64,000 nucleotides of DNA from Nitrospirota bacterium (lineage in GTDB: Bacteria; Nitrospirota; Thermodesulfovibrionia; Thermodesulfovibrionales; Dissulfurispiraceae). Below the pieces are notes generated by a model. The model was not told the DNA's origin and ran no database searches. It was given only the letters and a program-made list of their open reading frames with translations. Positions 49,542 to 60,028 of the stretch are shown here, one piece after another (position 1 is the first letter of the stretch; each line of letters starts with the position of its first letter). A program made the position numbers and the translations under genes. Location: the NCBI GenBank assembly GCA_963790025.1, contig CAWBMP010000004.1:1184001-1248000 (forward strand), given 5' to 3'.

Positions 49542-51287
49542 CTATTCATTTCCTGTTCCCAATGGAAAAGCGAACTTAAAGTGAGCACCCTGCCCTGGAG
49601 ATGATTCCACCCATATCCTTCCATTGTGTCGTTCGATTATTTTACGGCAAATTGCGAGTCCTATTCCAGTGCCCTCATATTCGGTCCGGCCATGCAAACG
49701 TTTAAACGGCGCGAATATCTGCTCTGCGTATTCCGATTTGATGCCGATGCCATTGTCCTTGACACCCAGCACAACATGGTCTTCCATCTTTTCAGCTGTA
49801 AGACTGATTGCCGGACGCGTCTTGCCTATGAACTTCAGGGCATTGCCTATCAGGTTCTGGTAAACCTGCGTCAGAAGGACCGGATCACCCCAAACCTCAG
49901 GCAACTCGTCACGGACTATTACGGCCCCGGTCTCTTCAATCCTGAGGGCAAGCATATCGAGGGCCTCATCCACACATCTATTGATCGACACATGCGCTGC
50001 CTTTATCTCTGAACGGGAGGTGCGTGACAGGCCCAGAAGGTCCTGAACAAGCGTTTGCATACGATGGGCGGCGTCTGTAACAAAGAACACATCTTTTTCG
50101 GCACGCTCGGGCAGGTCGCACCCCATATCCTCCTTGAGATAAGCGCTGAAGCTTATCATCTTGCGCAATGGTTCCTGCAGATCGTGGCTGGCTATATATG
50201 TGAAATCGTCAAGCTCATCATTTCGGGCTATCAGTTCCTTGTTGGCTGCTTCAAGCTGTGCGGTACGTTCCAATACTTTTTGTTCGAGTGTTTCATTCAG
50301 TTTTCTGATCTCTTCTTCCGCCTTTTTGCTGCCTGTGATGTGGCGGTAGAGCAACCATGCTGAACAGAACACAACGACTGACAAAATTGTCGCCAGTCCC
50401 GCCATTTTCAAGGTCTCGTCCCACCACTCGGAAAGATAGTCGTCTTTTGCTGACGCGACCAGTTCATACATTGGATAGACGGAAATCTTGCTATAGGCAA
50501 CTACCCGGTCGATGCCGTCAATAGTGGAACGGGTCCTGTATGTTGCCGAGGTTCGGCCCCTTTTAAACAGTCCTCGAATCTCTTCTGATGTCATCTTCTT
50601 GCCGATGGCGCTGCCATTTCCCTTGAGGTCCGGATAGCGGCAGATGACTCTTAGATCACTGTCGAATAATGCTATAGCCCCATGTTTGCCGACATTAATT
50701 TTAGAAAACGTCTTGACAAAATTATCCACAGCAATCGTCCCGTAGGCTACTCCGGCAAAAGAACCGTCCCGGCTATTAATACGACGGGCAATGATTATTA
50801 TCCACTTGTTGACGACACGGCCAAATACCGGCTCTGATATGAAAACTTCCCCCTTAGAGTCATTGCGCAGGTGGACAAAGTAATTACGGTCAGCCACACT
50901 CACCGCGGGGCCTGGCGCCATCCTGGTACCGTAGACTATTTCAGCCTTTGCATTGGTTATCCGCAAACCGTCGAGTTCCGGTATACGCGCATACTGCCTG
51001 GCAAGAGTTGCATTTATGGTCTGCTTATTAATGCCGCCGGCGGCGAGTTGCCTCTCTGCTTCGTCCACCACTGACATCAGTGTCACATCGATCTTGGTGA
51101 TGACACCATTGATGTACTCATCGAGGGCTTGCGACAGGTTCTCAGTCGTGATCGTGGCCCGTTCCTCATACTCAAGTCGGCTTTGGCGGATCGAAATGCC
51201 GGCCAGGGCAATAATGAAGAGATTAATCAACAGCACACCTATTGCCAGCTTTTTTACAAAAACATCAGGCGGCACTGCATCTTTCAT
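49542..51287 (-). CDS. Cache-domain sensor histidine kinase
   Basis: Two TMs around a Cache-like domain; SHDLQEPLRK, NLIGNALKF, DNGIG, GTGIGLA. Confidence 0.93.
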   Translation of the reverse strand: MKDAVPPDVFVKKLAIGVLLINLFIIALAGISIRQSRLEYEERATITTENLSQALDEYINGVITKIDVTLMSVVDEAERQLAAGGINKQTINATLARQYARIPELDGLRITNAKAEIVYGTRMAPGPAVSVADRNYFVHLRNDSKGEVFISEPVFGRVVNKWIIIIARRINSRDGSFAGVAYGTIAVDNFVKTFSKINVGKHGAIALFDSDLRVICRYPDLKGNGSAIGKKMTSEEIRGLFKRGRTSATYRTRSTIDGIDRVVAYSKISVYPMYELVASAKDDYLSEWWDETLKMAGLATILSVVVFCSAWLLYRHITGSKKAEEEIRKLNETLEQKVLERTAQLEAANKELIARNDELDDFTYIASHDLQEPLRKMISFSAYLKEDMGCDLPERAEKDVFFVTDAAHRMQTLVQDLLGLSRTSRSEIKAAHVSINRCVDEALDMLALRIEETGAVIVRDELPEVWGDPVLLTQVYQNLIGNALKFIGKTRPAISLTAEKMEDHVVLGVKDNGIGIKSEYAEQIFAPFKRLHGRTEYEGTGIGLAICRKIIERHNGRIWVESSPGQGAHFKFAFPLGTGNE

Positions 51288-51454
51288 TTTTGGCCCTCTG
51301 AAAAATAACTATAAGATACGTAATTATATCAAAACTTGTCTTTATAAGTGTTGCGGTGCCGAAGGAACTGAGGGACAGCGCGTCACATATCGGTTAGCTG
51401 TCCTCGATGAATATTCATGGATAAAGTTACAGCAGGGGCAATAATATTGAATAA

Positions 51455-51490
51455 CAGGAGAAGGGCCGGCAGGAGACAGCCCTTCTCCTG
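51455..51490 (-). terminator. Terminator after the Hsp20 operon
   Basis: CAGGAGAAGGGC...GCCCTTCTCCTG hairpin. Confidence 0.7.
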
Positions 51491-51495
51491 CTTTC

Positions 51496-51990
51496 TTATT
51501 CAGCCTTTATGGCAACTTTCTTTGTCGCCTTGACCGCCTTTTCCGATTTCGGCAATATTACCGTAAGCACTCCTTTTTTAAAGGTGGCGTCGATCTTCTC
51601 AGTTTGCACCTCAATGGGGAGGGGGATAGTCCTGCTGAAAGAACCGTAGGAACGTTCCATGCGGTAATAATCCTTTCCCTTGTCCTCTTTCTCTTCCTTC
51701 TTTTCGCCCTTAATCGTCAGCATGTCATTGCTCAGAGAGACCTCGATGTCCTTCTCATCCATTCCTGGAAGTTCTGCAGAGACCTTGATTTCTTTATCGC
51801 TTTCCGAAACATCGATGTTTGGTGCGAATGTGCCCAGCCTGCTCTCAAAAGGCTCTAATTCGAAACCCCTGAAGAAATTATCAAAGACCGAATTCATGTC
51901 CCTCTGCAAGAGTGCAAAGGGATTATCATCGCGACTTGCCGGACCGCGCTTCTTCCCGGATATAGAGGGCAAAAGGTTCCTGATCGCCAT
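51496..51990 (-). CDS. Hsp20/alpha-crystallin small heat shock protein
   Basis: AELPG, ERSYGSFSR, GVLTVILPK. Confidence 0.95.
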   Translation of the reverse strand: MAIRNLLPSISGKKRGPASRDDNPFALLQRDMNSVFDNFFRGFELEPFESRLGTFAPNIDVSESDKEIKVSAELPGMDEKDIEVSLSNDMLTIKGEKKEEKEDKGKDYYRMERSYGSFSRTIPLPIEVQTEKIDATFKKGVLTVILPKSEKAVKATKKVAIKAE

Positions 51991-52025
51991 AATAAGTACC
52001 TCCTTGTAGTTTGAAGGGTTAACAG

Positions 52026-52436
52026 TTATACTTCGGCCTTTACAGCTATTTTCCTTGTTTTTGCTGTTTCGGCCTTGGGTAAAACCAGCTTTAATACTCC
52101 GTTCTTCACCGAGGCCTGGATCTTTTCCCTGTCTATTTCATCCGTAAGGGTGAAAACCCTCTGGTAATCTCCTACTCCGTATTCGGCAAATGCAAGCCTG
52201 TGGTGCTCGGGCATTTCAGGCTCGACAGTGCCATAAATGGTGAGGACATTCTTATCCAATGTTATATCGACTGACTGCTCATCAACACCCGGCATGTCCG
52301 CGATTACCACAATATTATCCTTCCTTTCGATGATATCCACGGCAGGAGTGTACACTTTTGTCGAACGTGTCCGTTCCATTCCTGCTGGTGTTTCAGCCTC
52401 TTTTTTTTGCACTTCCTTTGCCCCCGTATCAGCCAT
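52026..52436 (-). CDS. Hsp20 small heat shock protein
   Basis: PAVDI, ADMPGV, NGVLKLVLPK. Confidence 0.95.
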   Translation of the reverse strand: MADTGAKEVQKKEAETPAGMERTRSTKVYTPAVDIIERKDNIVVIADMPGVDEQSVDITLDKNVLTIYGTVEPEMPEHHRLAFAEYGVGDYQRVFTLTDEIDREKIQASVKNGVLKLVLPKAETAKTRKIAVKAEV

Positions 52437-52454
52437 AATTAATACCCCCTTCTT

Positions 52455-52883
52455 TTATTCGGATTTAATAGTTATTCTCTTTGGTTTGTCCGCTTCTGCC
52501 CGTGGCAGGGATATGTAAAGCACACCCTTTCTGAACTTGGCCTCAACCTTCTCAGCATCAATTACAAAGGGAATTTCAAAGGTTTTACTGAACCTTCCGC
52601 GCCACCGCTCCCTGCGATGGTACGACTCTCCATCCTTTACATCTTCAGGCTCGCGCGAGCCCCGTACAGTAACAGACTTGCCCATAACCGAAATATCAAT
52701 GGTTCCTGCCTCAATCCCCGGCACCTCTGTGGTAACCATCGCATTGTCCGCTGCCAGCCAAACGTTAAACAACGGGAGTTCACTGGACGACACTTCGGGT
52801 CCTGAAAATACCCGGTTGAGCCGCTCCAGCTCGCTCCGCGGATCAATCAATCTGCCAAACCTTTCCCAATCTGTCCAAGCCAT
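52455..52883 (-). CDS. Hsp20 small heat shock protein
   Basis: EVPG, RRER..GRF, GVLYISLPR. Confidence 0.93.
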   Translation of the reverse strand: MAWTDWERFGRLIDPRSELERLNRVFSGPEVSSSELPLFNVWLAADNAMVTTEVPGIEAGTIDISVMGKSVTVRGSREPEDVKDGESYHRRERWRGRFSKTFEIPFVIDAEKVEAKFRKGVLYISLPRAEADKPKRITIKSE

Positions 52884-52971
52884 AATCGGTCCCTCCTTTT
52901 TATACCGGCCTTCCAGGCCATAAAAACGATGCGCTTCATTAAATAGAGCTGAAGTTGCATTCCATAATTAA

Positions 52972-52999
52972 AGTTTACACCGCTTTTGAAAAATGTCAA
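52972..52999 (-). promoter_or_regulatory. sigma70-like promoter for the Hsp20 operon
   Basis: Minus strand TTGACA-N16-TAAACT. Confidence 0.45.
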
Positions 53000-53104
53000 A
53001 ACTGAGTCAAGCCATAAAGTTCAGAGTTATGCTTAAAAGATGTTTTCTAACCTCAATATTGCATCCTTCATGAATCTAAAGTATTATTTAACTAATCTAT
53101 TTCC

Positions 53105-55054
53105 ATGAAAAAGAACCTCACTCATAAGATTCTGGAAGACCACCTGGTGGAGGGTCAGTTGATACCCGGCAGTGAAATCGCCATCAAAATCGACCACACC
53201 CTGCTTCAGGACGCTACAGGGACGCTAGCCATGCTGGAATTCGAGGCACTGGGCCTTGACCGGGTGGCGGTGGAGTTGGCAACGCAATACGTCGACCACA
53301 ACCTCCTCCAGACGGACAACAAGAATGCTGACGACCATAAGTTCCTCCAGACGGCTTCTGCCCGGTATGGCATCCATTTCAGCAAGCCGGGCAACGGGGT
53401 TTCGCACCAGGTCCACATGGAGCGCTTCGGCGTTCCCGGCAAAACTCTTCTGGGCGCTGATAGTCATACCCCCGGGGCCGCAGGTGTCTCCATGCTGGGT
53501 ATCGGCGCGGGTGGTCTGGATGTGACCCTGGCAATGGCCGGCCATCCCTATTATCTCCCATGCCCCAAAGTGCTCGGGGTCAAGCTTATCGGGGAACTCC
53601 CGGACTGGGTGAGTGCCAAGGACGTGATTCTCGAGATGCTTTTCCGCTTCGGCGTCAAGGGGTGCGTGGGCAAGATCATCGAGTATTATGGTCCGGGAGT
53701 AAAATCTCTTTCAGCCACGTCCCGCGAGACAATAGGCAATATGGGCACCGAGACCGGTGCAACAACATCCATCTTCCCGTCCGATGAGAGGACGCGTGAG
53801 TATTTGACCGCCCAGGAACGGGGCGGTGCGTGGGTCGAGCTTTCCGCCGATCAGGATGCGGAGTACGATGAATATGCAGAGATCGACCTGTCAAGGCTCG
53901 AACCTCTCATTGCCCAACCATCGTCTCCGGGCAATGTGGTCCCGGTGCGCGAAGTGGCTGGGACGAAAGTGGACCAGGTGATAGTGGGCAGCAGCGTCAA
54001 CTCTTCATTCCGGGACCTCATGGTTACGGCAAAAATGCTTGAAGGCCGGCGCGTTCATCCTGAAACCAATTTCCATGTGAATCCCGGAAGCCGTCAGGTC
54101 ATCGAGAACGTTGCCCGGGCAGGCGGGTTAATGGCCTTCCTCTTGTCAGGTGTCCGTTTGCACGAGCCGGGCTGCCAGGGATGCATAGGCATGGGCCAGG
54201 CCCCGGGGACAGGAGAGGTGAGCCTCAGGACCTTCCCCAGAAACTTCCCCGGCAGGTCAGGTACCAAAGACGACAAGGTCTACCTATGCTCTCCTGAGAC
54301 GGCAACGGCTGCCGGCTTGAGAGGGGTCATCACGGACCCGCGGGACTTGGCAAAAGAAATGAAATATCCCAGGATCGAAGACCCGATAAAATACGCCATC
54401 GACGAGAAGTCAATCGTATTCCCGTCACAGGAACTGACAAAAACTGTTGCTGTAAGAGGGCCGAACATCAAGTCCCTGCCGGACCTTGAGCCTCTTCCCG
54501 AAACTATCGAGGCAGTAGTGGTGCTCAAGGTGGGGGACAACATATCGACTGATACAATCATGCCGGCAGGCAACAAAGTTCTGCCGCTGCGTTCGAATAT
54601 CCAGGCGATCAGCGAACATGTGTTTGAGCAAATGGACCCCGATTTTGCCGCAGCTTGCAGATCAAAGGGCACAGTGGTTGTGGTCGGCGGCGAGAATTAC
54701 GGCCAGGGGTCGAGCAGGGAGCACGCAGCGCTCGCCCCGCGTTATCTCGGGGTACGTGCAAAGATTGTGAAGACCTTTGCACGCATCCACAAGTCCAACC
54801 TCTGCAATTTCGGCATACTTCCTCTCACCTTTAAAGACCCGAATGACTACGATCGCCTGAATAAAAATTCGACGGTCCTGCTTCGAGATGTTCGTAAGCT
54901 GATTCAGAAAGGTGACCGGGAGATTCCGGTTGAGGTGGATGGGCATACCTTCATTACTGTCTTTGACGTGTCGGAGCGTCAGAGAAAGCATTTGCTGGCG
55001 GGCGGTACGCTGAATTTTGTAAGAAATGAATTAAAAGGTCAGGTAAACGCATAG
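53105..55054 (+). CDS. Aconitate hydratase (short, about 650 aa type)
   Basis: QDATGT, GADSHT, GCQGCIG, RNF.GR, GENYGQGSSREHA. Confidence 0.93.
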   Translation: MKKNLTHKILEDHLVEGQLIPGSEIAIKIDHTLLQDATGTLAMLEFEALGLDRVAVELATQYVDHNLLQTDNKNADDHKFLQTASARYGIHFSKPGNGVSHQVHMERFGVPGKTLLGADSHTPGAAGVSMLGIGAGGLDVTLAMAGHPYYLPCPKVLGVKLIGELPDWVSAKDVILEMLFRFGVKGCVGKIIEYYGPGVKSLSATSRETIGNMGTETGATTSIFPSDERTREYLTAQERGGAWVELSADQDAEYDEYAEIDLSRLEPLIAQPSSPGNVVPVREVAGTKVDQVIVGSSVNSSFRDLMVTAKMLEGRRVHPETNFHVNPGSRQVIENVARAGGLMAFLLSGVRLHEPGCQGCIGMGQAPGTGEVSLRTFPRNFPGRSGTKDDKVYLCSPETATAAGLRGVITDPRDLAKEMKYPRIEDPIKYAIDEKSIVFPSQELTKTVAVRGPNIKSLPDLEPLPETIEAVVVLKVGDNISTDTIMPAGNKVLPLRSNIQAISEHVFEQMDPDFAAACRSKGTVVVVGGENYGQGSSREHAALAPRYLGVRAKIVKTFARIHKSNLCNFGILPLTFKDPNDYDRLNKNSTVLLRDVRKLIQKGDREIPVEVDGHTFITVFDVSERQRKHLLAGGTLNFVRNELKGQVNA

Positions 55055-55121
55055 GCAAAGGCAGAGTCTTATTTCTTTACTATGCCTCTACCTCTACCTT
55101 TGCTTTTCCTTTTTTTAGGAG

Positions 55122-56324
55122 GTGACTATGAGTCAAGCAAGTAGCGAGGATGCTGCGCGGCTAAAGAATATCGGCCTGAGGGGTGTAAAGGTAGCCGACA
55201 CGAAAATCAGCGACGTAGATGGCGAACACGGAGTTCTCATCTACCGGGGATATCTCATCGAGGATCTGGCCCAGCACTCTACGTTTGAGGAAACGGCTTA
55301 TCTGCTTCTCTATGATGCGCTTCCTACGGACCAGCAACTGGAGGAATTCAGGGGCCGGCTGATCGAAGCAAGGAGTATGCCGGCGTTTATATTCAACAGT
55401 TTCAAACAACTTCCGACTGATGCCAGGCCTATGGACGTGCTCCAGGCATCCATCCCGCTCCTTGCAGCTGCTGATCCTGACCTGGAGTCGGAACCACGGG
55501 AAGCTAACATTGCCAGGGCCATTCGACTCATCGCGTACGTACCCGCCGTGGTAGCAGGCTGGGACCGGATACGGAAAGGCAATGAGCCTGTGCCGCCTGA
55601 TGAAACATTGTCCCATGCCGGGAATTTTTTATGGCAGCTCACCGGCAAACGACAAGATGCAGAGATTGCACGCGATCTCGATACGGCCCTGTTGCTTCAC
55701 GCAGACCATTCATTCAATGCCTCCACATTTGCATGCCGTGAAGTGGCATCCACACGGGCACACATGTATGCAGCAGTTGCAGCAGGAGTCGGCGCCCTTT
55801 CGGGCAGCCTCCACGGCGGCGCAAATGCGCAAGTAATGAAAATGCTTCTGGAACTCCGGGGCGAGAAGGACATTGCAGGATGGGTAAGAAGACAGTTGGA
55901 CGGCAAACGAAAGATCATGGGGATGGGCCACGCAGTATACAAGACGGTGGACCCGAGGGCCAGGTTCCTTAAGGATATGTGCTTAAGGCTGGGGAAAAAA
56001 CTCGGCGAGGAGCACTGGTGGAAGCTTTCAACCGGGATCGAAGAGAGTGCACTGGCCGAATTCGGGAAGCGGGGCAAGTCTACGATAAAACCGAATGTAG
56101 ACTTTTATAGCGCGCCCGTCTACCATATGATCGGGATACCTGAAGACCTGATGACGCCCGTTTTTGCCATAGCGCGGATTGCAGGCTGGACCGCGCATAT
56201 AATCGAAGAAAAATTCGCCGATGCCCAGGAAAAGCCGGCGCTCTATCGGCCGTCATCCGAGTATGTTGGCCATTACTGCGGCAGGACGGGCTGCGCTTAT
56301 ACCCAAATAAAGCAGAGACAGTGA
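55122..56324 (+). CDS. Citrate synthase / 2-methylcitrate synthase family
   Basis: LHADHSFNAST, LHGGAN, GMGHAVY..DPR, PNVDFYS, RIAGW. Confidence 0.93.
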   Translation: MTMSQASSEDAARLKNIGLRGVKVADTKISDVDGEHGVLIYRGYLIEDLAQHSTFEETAYLLLYDALPTDQQLEEFRGRLIEARSMPAFIFNSFKQLPTDARPMDVLQASIPLLAAADPDLESEPREANIARAIRLIAYVPAVVAGWDRIRKGNEPVPPDETLSHAGNFLWQLTGKRQDAEIARDLDTALLLHADHSFNASTFACREVASTRAHMYAAVAAGVGALSGSLHGGANAQVMKMLLELRGEKDIAGWVRRQLDGKRKIMGMGHAVYKTVDPRARFLKDMCLRLGKKLGEEHWWKLSTGIEESALAEFGKRGKSTIKPNVDFYSAPVYHMIGIPEDLMTPVFAIARIAGWTAHIIEEKFADAQEKPALYRPSSEYVGHYCGRTGCAYTQIKQRQ

Positions 56325-56331
56325 GGACAAC

Positions 56332-57705
56332 GTGAAAACACAAAAGATAGAGTCAATCAATCCCTATACCGGAAAAGTAATGCAGGAATTTGATCTCATG
56401 ACAGAAAAGGAGATCACCGAAAAAATAACTCTGTCACGAAAAACATTTTCGACCTGGCGCACCATACCTGTCGCTGAGCGGACAAACTACGTGGGGAGGT
56501 TGGCCGGGCACCTCAGGGCGGAGAAACGGACGTATGCAGAACTGATGACGAAGGAAATGGGCAAGCCCATCAAGGAGTCGATGGGAGAGATCGAGAAGTG
56601 CGCATGGCTCTGCGATTACTATGCCGGAAATGCCTCAAAGTTCCTGGATACCGAGCACATCAAGACCGAGGCGGTTAAGAGTTACGTAATGTTCGAGCCG
56701 CTGGGCCTCGTCCTCGCGATCATGCCCTGGAACTTTCCCTTCTGGCAGGCGTTCCGATTCGGCATACCGGCGATCTGCGCGGGGAACGTTGTTGTCTTGA
56801 AACACGCATCCAATGTTCCTATGTCCGCCCTTGCCATAGAGGACGCGTTCAGGAATGCAGGGTTCCCGGAGCATGTGATGAAAACACTCCTCATCACCGC
56901 TGATGATGCACTCAAGCTTATTGATAAGGACCTGGTCGATGCCGTGTCATTGACAGGGAGCAACAGGGCCGGCGAGGCGGTCGGTGCCCTGGCAGGAGGG
57001 AAGATCAAAAAGCTCGTGCTGGAACTGGGCGGCTCCGACCCGTTCATTGTGCTTGACGATGCAGATGTCGCAAAAGCCGGCAGAATGGCTGCCAATGCCC
57101 GTACTATCAACGCTGGTCAGAGCTGCATAGCGGCAAAGCGCTTCATCGTCCATGAGAAAGTGGCCGTGGAGTTCAAGGAACACTTCGTCTCCCGCCTCAG
57201 GGAACTGAAGATCGGCGATCCCATGGATGAATCAACCGATATCGGCCCGGTCGCAAGGCAAGACATCCTCGAATCCCTGGAGGAGCAGCTTAGAGACGCC
57301 AGGGCAAAAGGCGCCGAAGTCCTGCAGACAGGGCCTTCACTAAAGCAAGGGCTTTTCTTTGCTCCCTGCGTAGTATATAATCCTGCGAAGAACATGAAGA
57401 TCATGACCGAAGAGATTTTCGGGCCCATTGCGCCGGTCATCATAGTTAGAGATGAGGACGAGGCGGTGAATGTTGCAAACGATACAGAGTTCGGTCTGGG
57501 TGCGTCCATCTGGAGCAGGGACCACGCCAGGGCGGAAAAACTCGCAGCTAGACTGGAGGCCGGGACCATAGCCATCAATGACATGGTTAAGTCCGACCCC
57601 CGCCTACCCTTCGGCGGCGTCAAGAAGTCCGGGTTCGGCCGGGAGCTGTCGCATTTCGGCCTGAGAGAGTTCGTGAACATCAAAAGTATTGTCGTGAGAG
57701 AGTAG
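56332..57705 (+). CDS. NAD(P)-dependent succinate-semialdehyde dehydrogenase
   Basis: IMPWNFPFWQ, LKHASNVP, ELGGSDP, GQSCIA, EEIFGP, PFGGVKKSG. Confidence 0.88.
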   Translation: MKTQKIESINPYTGKVMQEFDLMTEKEITEKITLSRKTFSTWRTIPVAERTNYVGRLAGHLRAEKRTYAELMTKEMGKPIKESMGEIEKCAWLCDYYAGNASKFLDTEHIKTEAVKSYVMFEPLGLVLAIMPWNFPFWQAFRFGIPAICAGNVVVLKHASNVPMSALAIEDAFRNAGFPEHVMKTLLITADDALKLIDKDLVDAVSLTGSNRAGEAVGALAGGKIKKLVLELGGSDPFIVLDDADVAKAGRMAANARTINAGQSCIAAKRFIVHEKVAVEFKEHFVSRLRELKIGDPMDESTDIGPVARQDILESLEEQLRDARAKGAEVLQTGPSLKQGLFFAPCVVYNPAKNMKIMTEEIFGPIAPVIIVRDEDEAVNVANDTEFGLGASIWSRDHARAEKLAARLEAGTIAINDMVKSDPRLPFGGVKKSGFGRELSHFGLREFVNIKSIVVRE

Positions 57706-57707
57706 AG

Positions 57708-59342
57708 ATGAAGGCATCCGATCTGTTCGTGGCCCAACTCGAAGAAGAAGGCGTAGAATACATCTTCGGTCTGCCGGGCGAGGAGAACCTCGACTTTCTC
57801 GAATCCCTGCGCACCTCATCGATAAAAGTCATCATTACCCGTCACGAGCAATCAGCAGCGTTCATGGCCGCGACCTATGGAAGACTCACCGGGAAAGCCG
57901 GTGTCTGCTTCTCTACGCTCGGGCCCGGGGCGTTGAACCTCGTGACCGGCGTTGCCCATGCCCAGCTTATCGGTGCGCCCCTGGTTTCGATTTCAGGTCA
58001 GAAGGCGATCAGGGAGAACTGGCAGGCCAGGTTCCAGCTTGTCAATGTTGTGGAAGTAATGAGGCCGATCACCAAGGACTCGGTTTCCATCATAGATCCC
58101 GGCACCATACCTACCGTCTTACGGAATGCATTCAGGCTGGCACAGTCGGAACGACCGGGAGCAGTCCACCTGGAACTGCCTGTAGACGTGGCTGCCGGCC
58201 AAACAGATTCGCAGTTGCAGAAGCGGGGTTATACACGGAGACCCGCGCCTGATTACAAGGCCGTCACCAGGGCGGCCGAGCTGATCAATAAAGCGCGCCA
58301 CCCCCTGATCATTCTCTCGGCCGGGGCCAACAGGAACCTAGCAGCCAGGCAGTTAACGCGTTTCATAGAGAAGACAGGCATCTACGCGATACATACGCAG
58401 ATGGGAAAGGGCGTTCTGAGTGATGATTCGCCATACAGCCTCTTCGCTGCCGGCATCCACCGGCGCGATTACGTGAGTTGCGGGATCGACCAGGCCGACG
58501 TGATCATAACGATCGGATACAACATAGTTGAATATCCGCCGTATGTCTGGAACAGGGACCTCTCTAAGAAGATCATCAATATCGACTTCGCCGAGGCCCT
58601 CGCAGACAAATACTTCAATCCGGACATAGACGTTATAGGCGACATTGCCTGCTCGCTGAAGCAACTCGGTGAGGTGATCACCCCAAGGAAAAACGATGAG
58701 ATGTTCAGGGGCGTGCGGGAATTCCTTAATGGCAAACTATCGCTTGATTTCAAAAAACAGTATCCTCTGACCCCTCTCGAAGTCGTGCGGCATGTGCGGG
58801 AGGCCCTGCAACGCGAGGATGTCCTGACACTCGACAACGGAATTTACAAGCTGTGGTTTTCACGCCTCTACCCTGCTTACAGCCCCAACACATTCCTGTT
58901 GGATAATGCCCTGGCTACGATGGGAGCGGGCCTTTCAGCAGGCATCATGGCCAAGATGCTCAGGCCCAATCGAAACGTACTGGCCGTGGTGGGCGACGGC
59001 GGATTCATGATGACCTCCCACGAGCTTGAGACCGCCCTGCGATATAACGTCCCCCTCGTTGTCCTCGTCCTTAACGACAATGCCTTCGGTTTCATCAAAT
59101 GGGAGCAGCAGAGCAAGGGGTTCCCGAATTTTGCTCTCGATTATTCAAATCCTGATTTCGTGAAGTATGCCGAAAGCTTCGGGGCCGTTGGCATGAAGGT
59201 AAAAAAGGGAGATGATCTGTCCGACATCTTAGGCGGGGCGTTTGCACTGAAGAGAACCGTCCTTATCGAGTGCCCGGTCGATTATTCGGTCAACTTCGAG
59301 ATGTTCTCAAAAGAACTTGCGAACATAGTGTGCGAATACTGA
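57708..59342 (+). CDS. ThDP-dependent acetolactate-synthase-like enzyme; probable 2-oxoglutarate decarboxylase
   Basis: GLPGEENL, RHEQ, DNALATMGAGL, GDGGF...NDN; starts 2 bp after the SSADH stop. Confidence 0.8.
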   Translation: MKASDLFVAQLEEEGVEYIFGLPGEENLDFLESLRTSSIKVIITRHEQSAAFMAATYGRLTGKAGVCFSTLGPGALNLVTGVAHAQLIGAPLVSISGQKAIRENWQARFQLVNVVEVMRPITKDSVSIIDPGTIPTVLRNAFRLAQSERPGAVHLELPVDVAAGQTDSQLQKRGYTRRPAPDYKAVTRAAELINKARHPLIILSAGANRNLAARQLTRFIEKTGIYAIHTQMGKGVLSDDSPYSLFAAGIHRRDYVSCGIDQADVIITIGYNIVEYPPYVWNRDLSKKIINIDFAEALADKYFNPDIDVIGDIACSLKQLGEVITPRKNDEMFRGVREFLNGKLSLDFKKQYPLTPLEVVRHVREALQREDVLTLDNGIYKLWFSRLYPAYSPNTFLLDNALATMGAGLSAGIMAKMLRPNRNVLAVVGDGGFMMTSHELETALRYNVPLVVLVLNDNAFGFIKWEQQSKGFPNFALDYSNPDFVKYAESFGAVGMKVKKGDDLSDILGGAFALKRTVLIECPVDYSVNFEMFSKELANIVCEY

Positions 59343-59424
59343 GTCCAGAACACCTTATTTCTCGACACGGGACTACAAAAATTACTTTTGTGAAATATCT
59401 TTGATTTTATTGGACAAAAAAGAA

Positions 59425-59448
59425 TCGGGGCGAGCCGATTCGAACGGC
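59425..59448 (-). other. 3'-end fragment of a tRNA-Pro-like gene (att-like scar)
   Basis: Minus strand GCCG-TTCGAAT-CGGC-TCGCCCCGA = T-arm plus acceptor strand; no D or anticodon arm. Confidence 0.65.
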
Positions 59449-59759
59449 AAGTCCATGCTATTTGCCTTTTACATTTCAAATAGTTAAACCTCCCATTCTC
59501 TCAGTACACCACCGAGAGTAAACGGAATTATCAACTCTAAAAACAATAAAAAAAGAAGTTTCAGTATTAGATGCGGCTGCAAAAATACTAAAGATCCTTA
59601 ATATTTTATTCAATTGAGTGAAAAGATTCACAGATTATGATCAGTCCGGTATGGCCTTCTTCCTCTCGTCATTTTATAATATTGTCTGGTATGCAATATT
59701 TCACGAAGAAATGCGTGTGCACGTAGAAATATTCTTGTATTTTTGTAATTTCTTATCTA

Positions 59760-59942
59760 ATGATGAGCAAACCGCAAAATGTAAATAGGATAGGTCGACT
59801 ATTCAGCTCTATGCTGAGGGTATTGCCCAGATTCAAATGCAATCAGGGTTTGCTGTTATCCGGTGCTGTCGCCTATCATACCCTTTTGTCAATTGTGCCA
59901 ATGTCAATTTTTGCCCTGTTTGGCGCTATTCAAATTCAATAA
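59760..59942 (+). pseudogene. Truncated YihY/BrkB-family membrane protein (5' fragment)
   Basis: NQGLLLSGAVAYHTLLSIVPM followed by an early stop. Confidence 0.6.
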
Positions 59943-60028
59943 GTTATGGTACTCTTTTGCTATAACTTAATTGTTTACGGATAATTGATGGTCGGTCCTT
60001 AGAAAAAGGCAAGACGGAGGCACAAAGC

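Noticed and set aside
52930..53050. CIRCE or HAIR operator upstream of the Hsp20 operon
   Set aside because: No match to TTAGCACTC-N9-GAGTGCTAA or CTTGAGT-N7-ACTCAAG.
59425..59500. Complete tRNA gene
   Set aside because: Only the T-arm and 3' acceptor strand are present.
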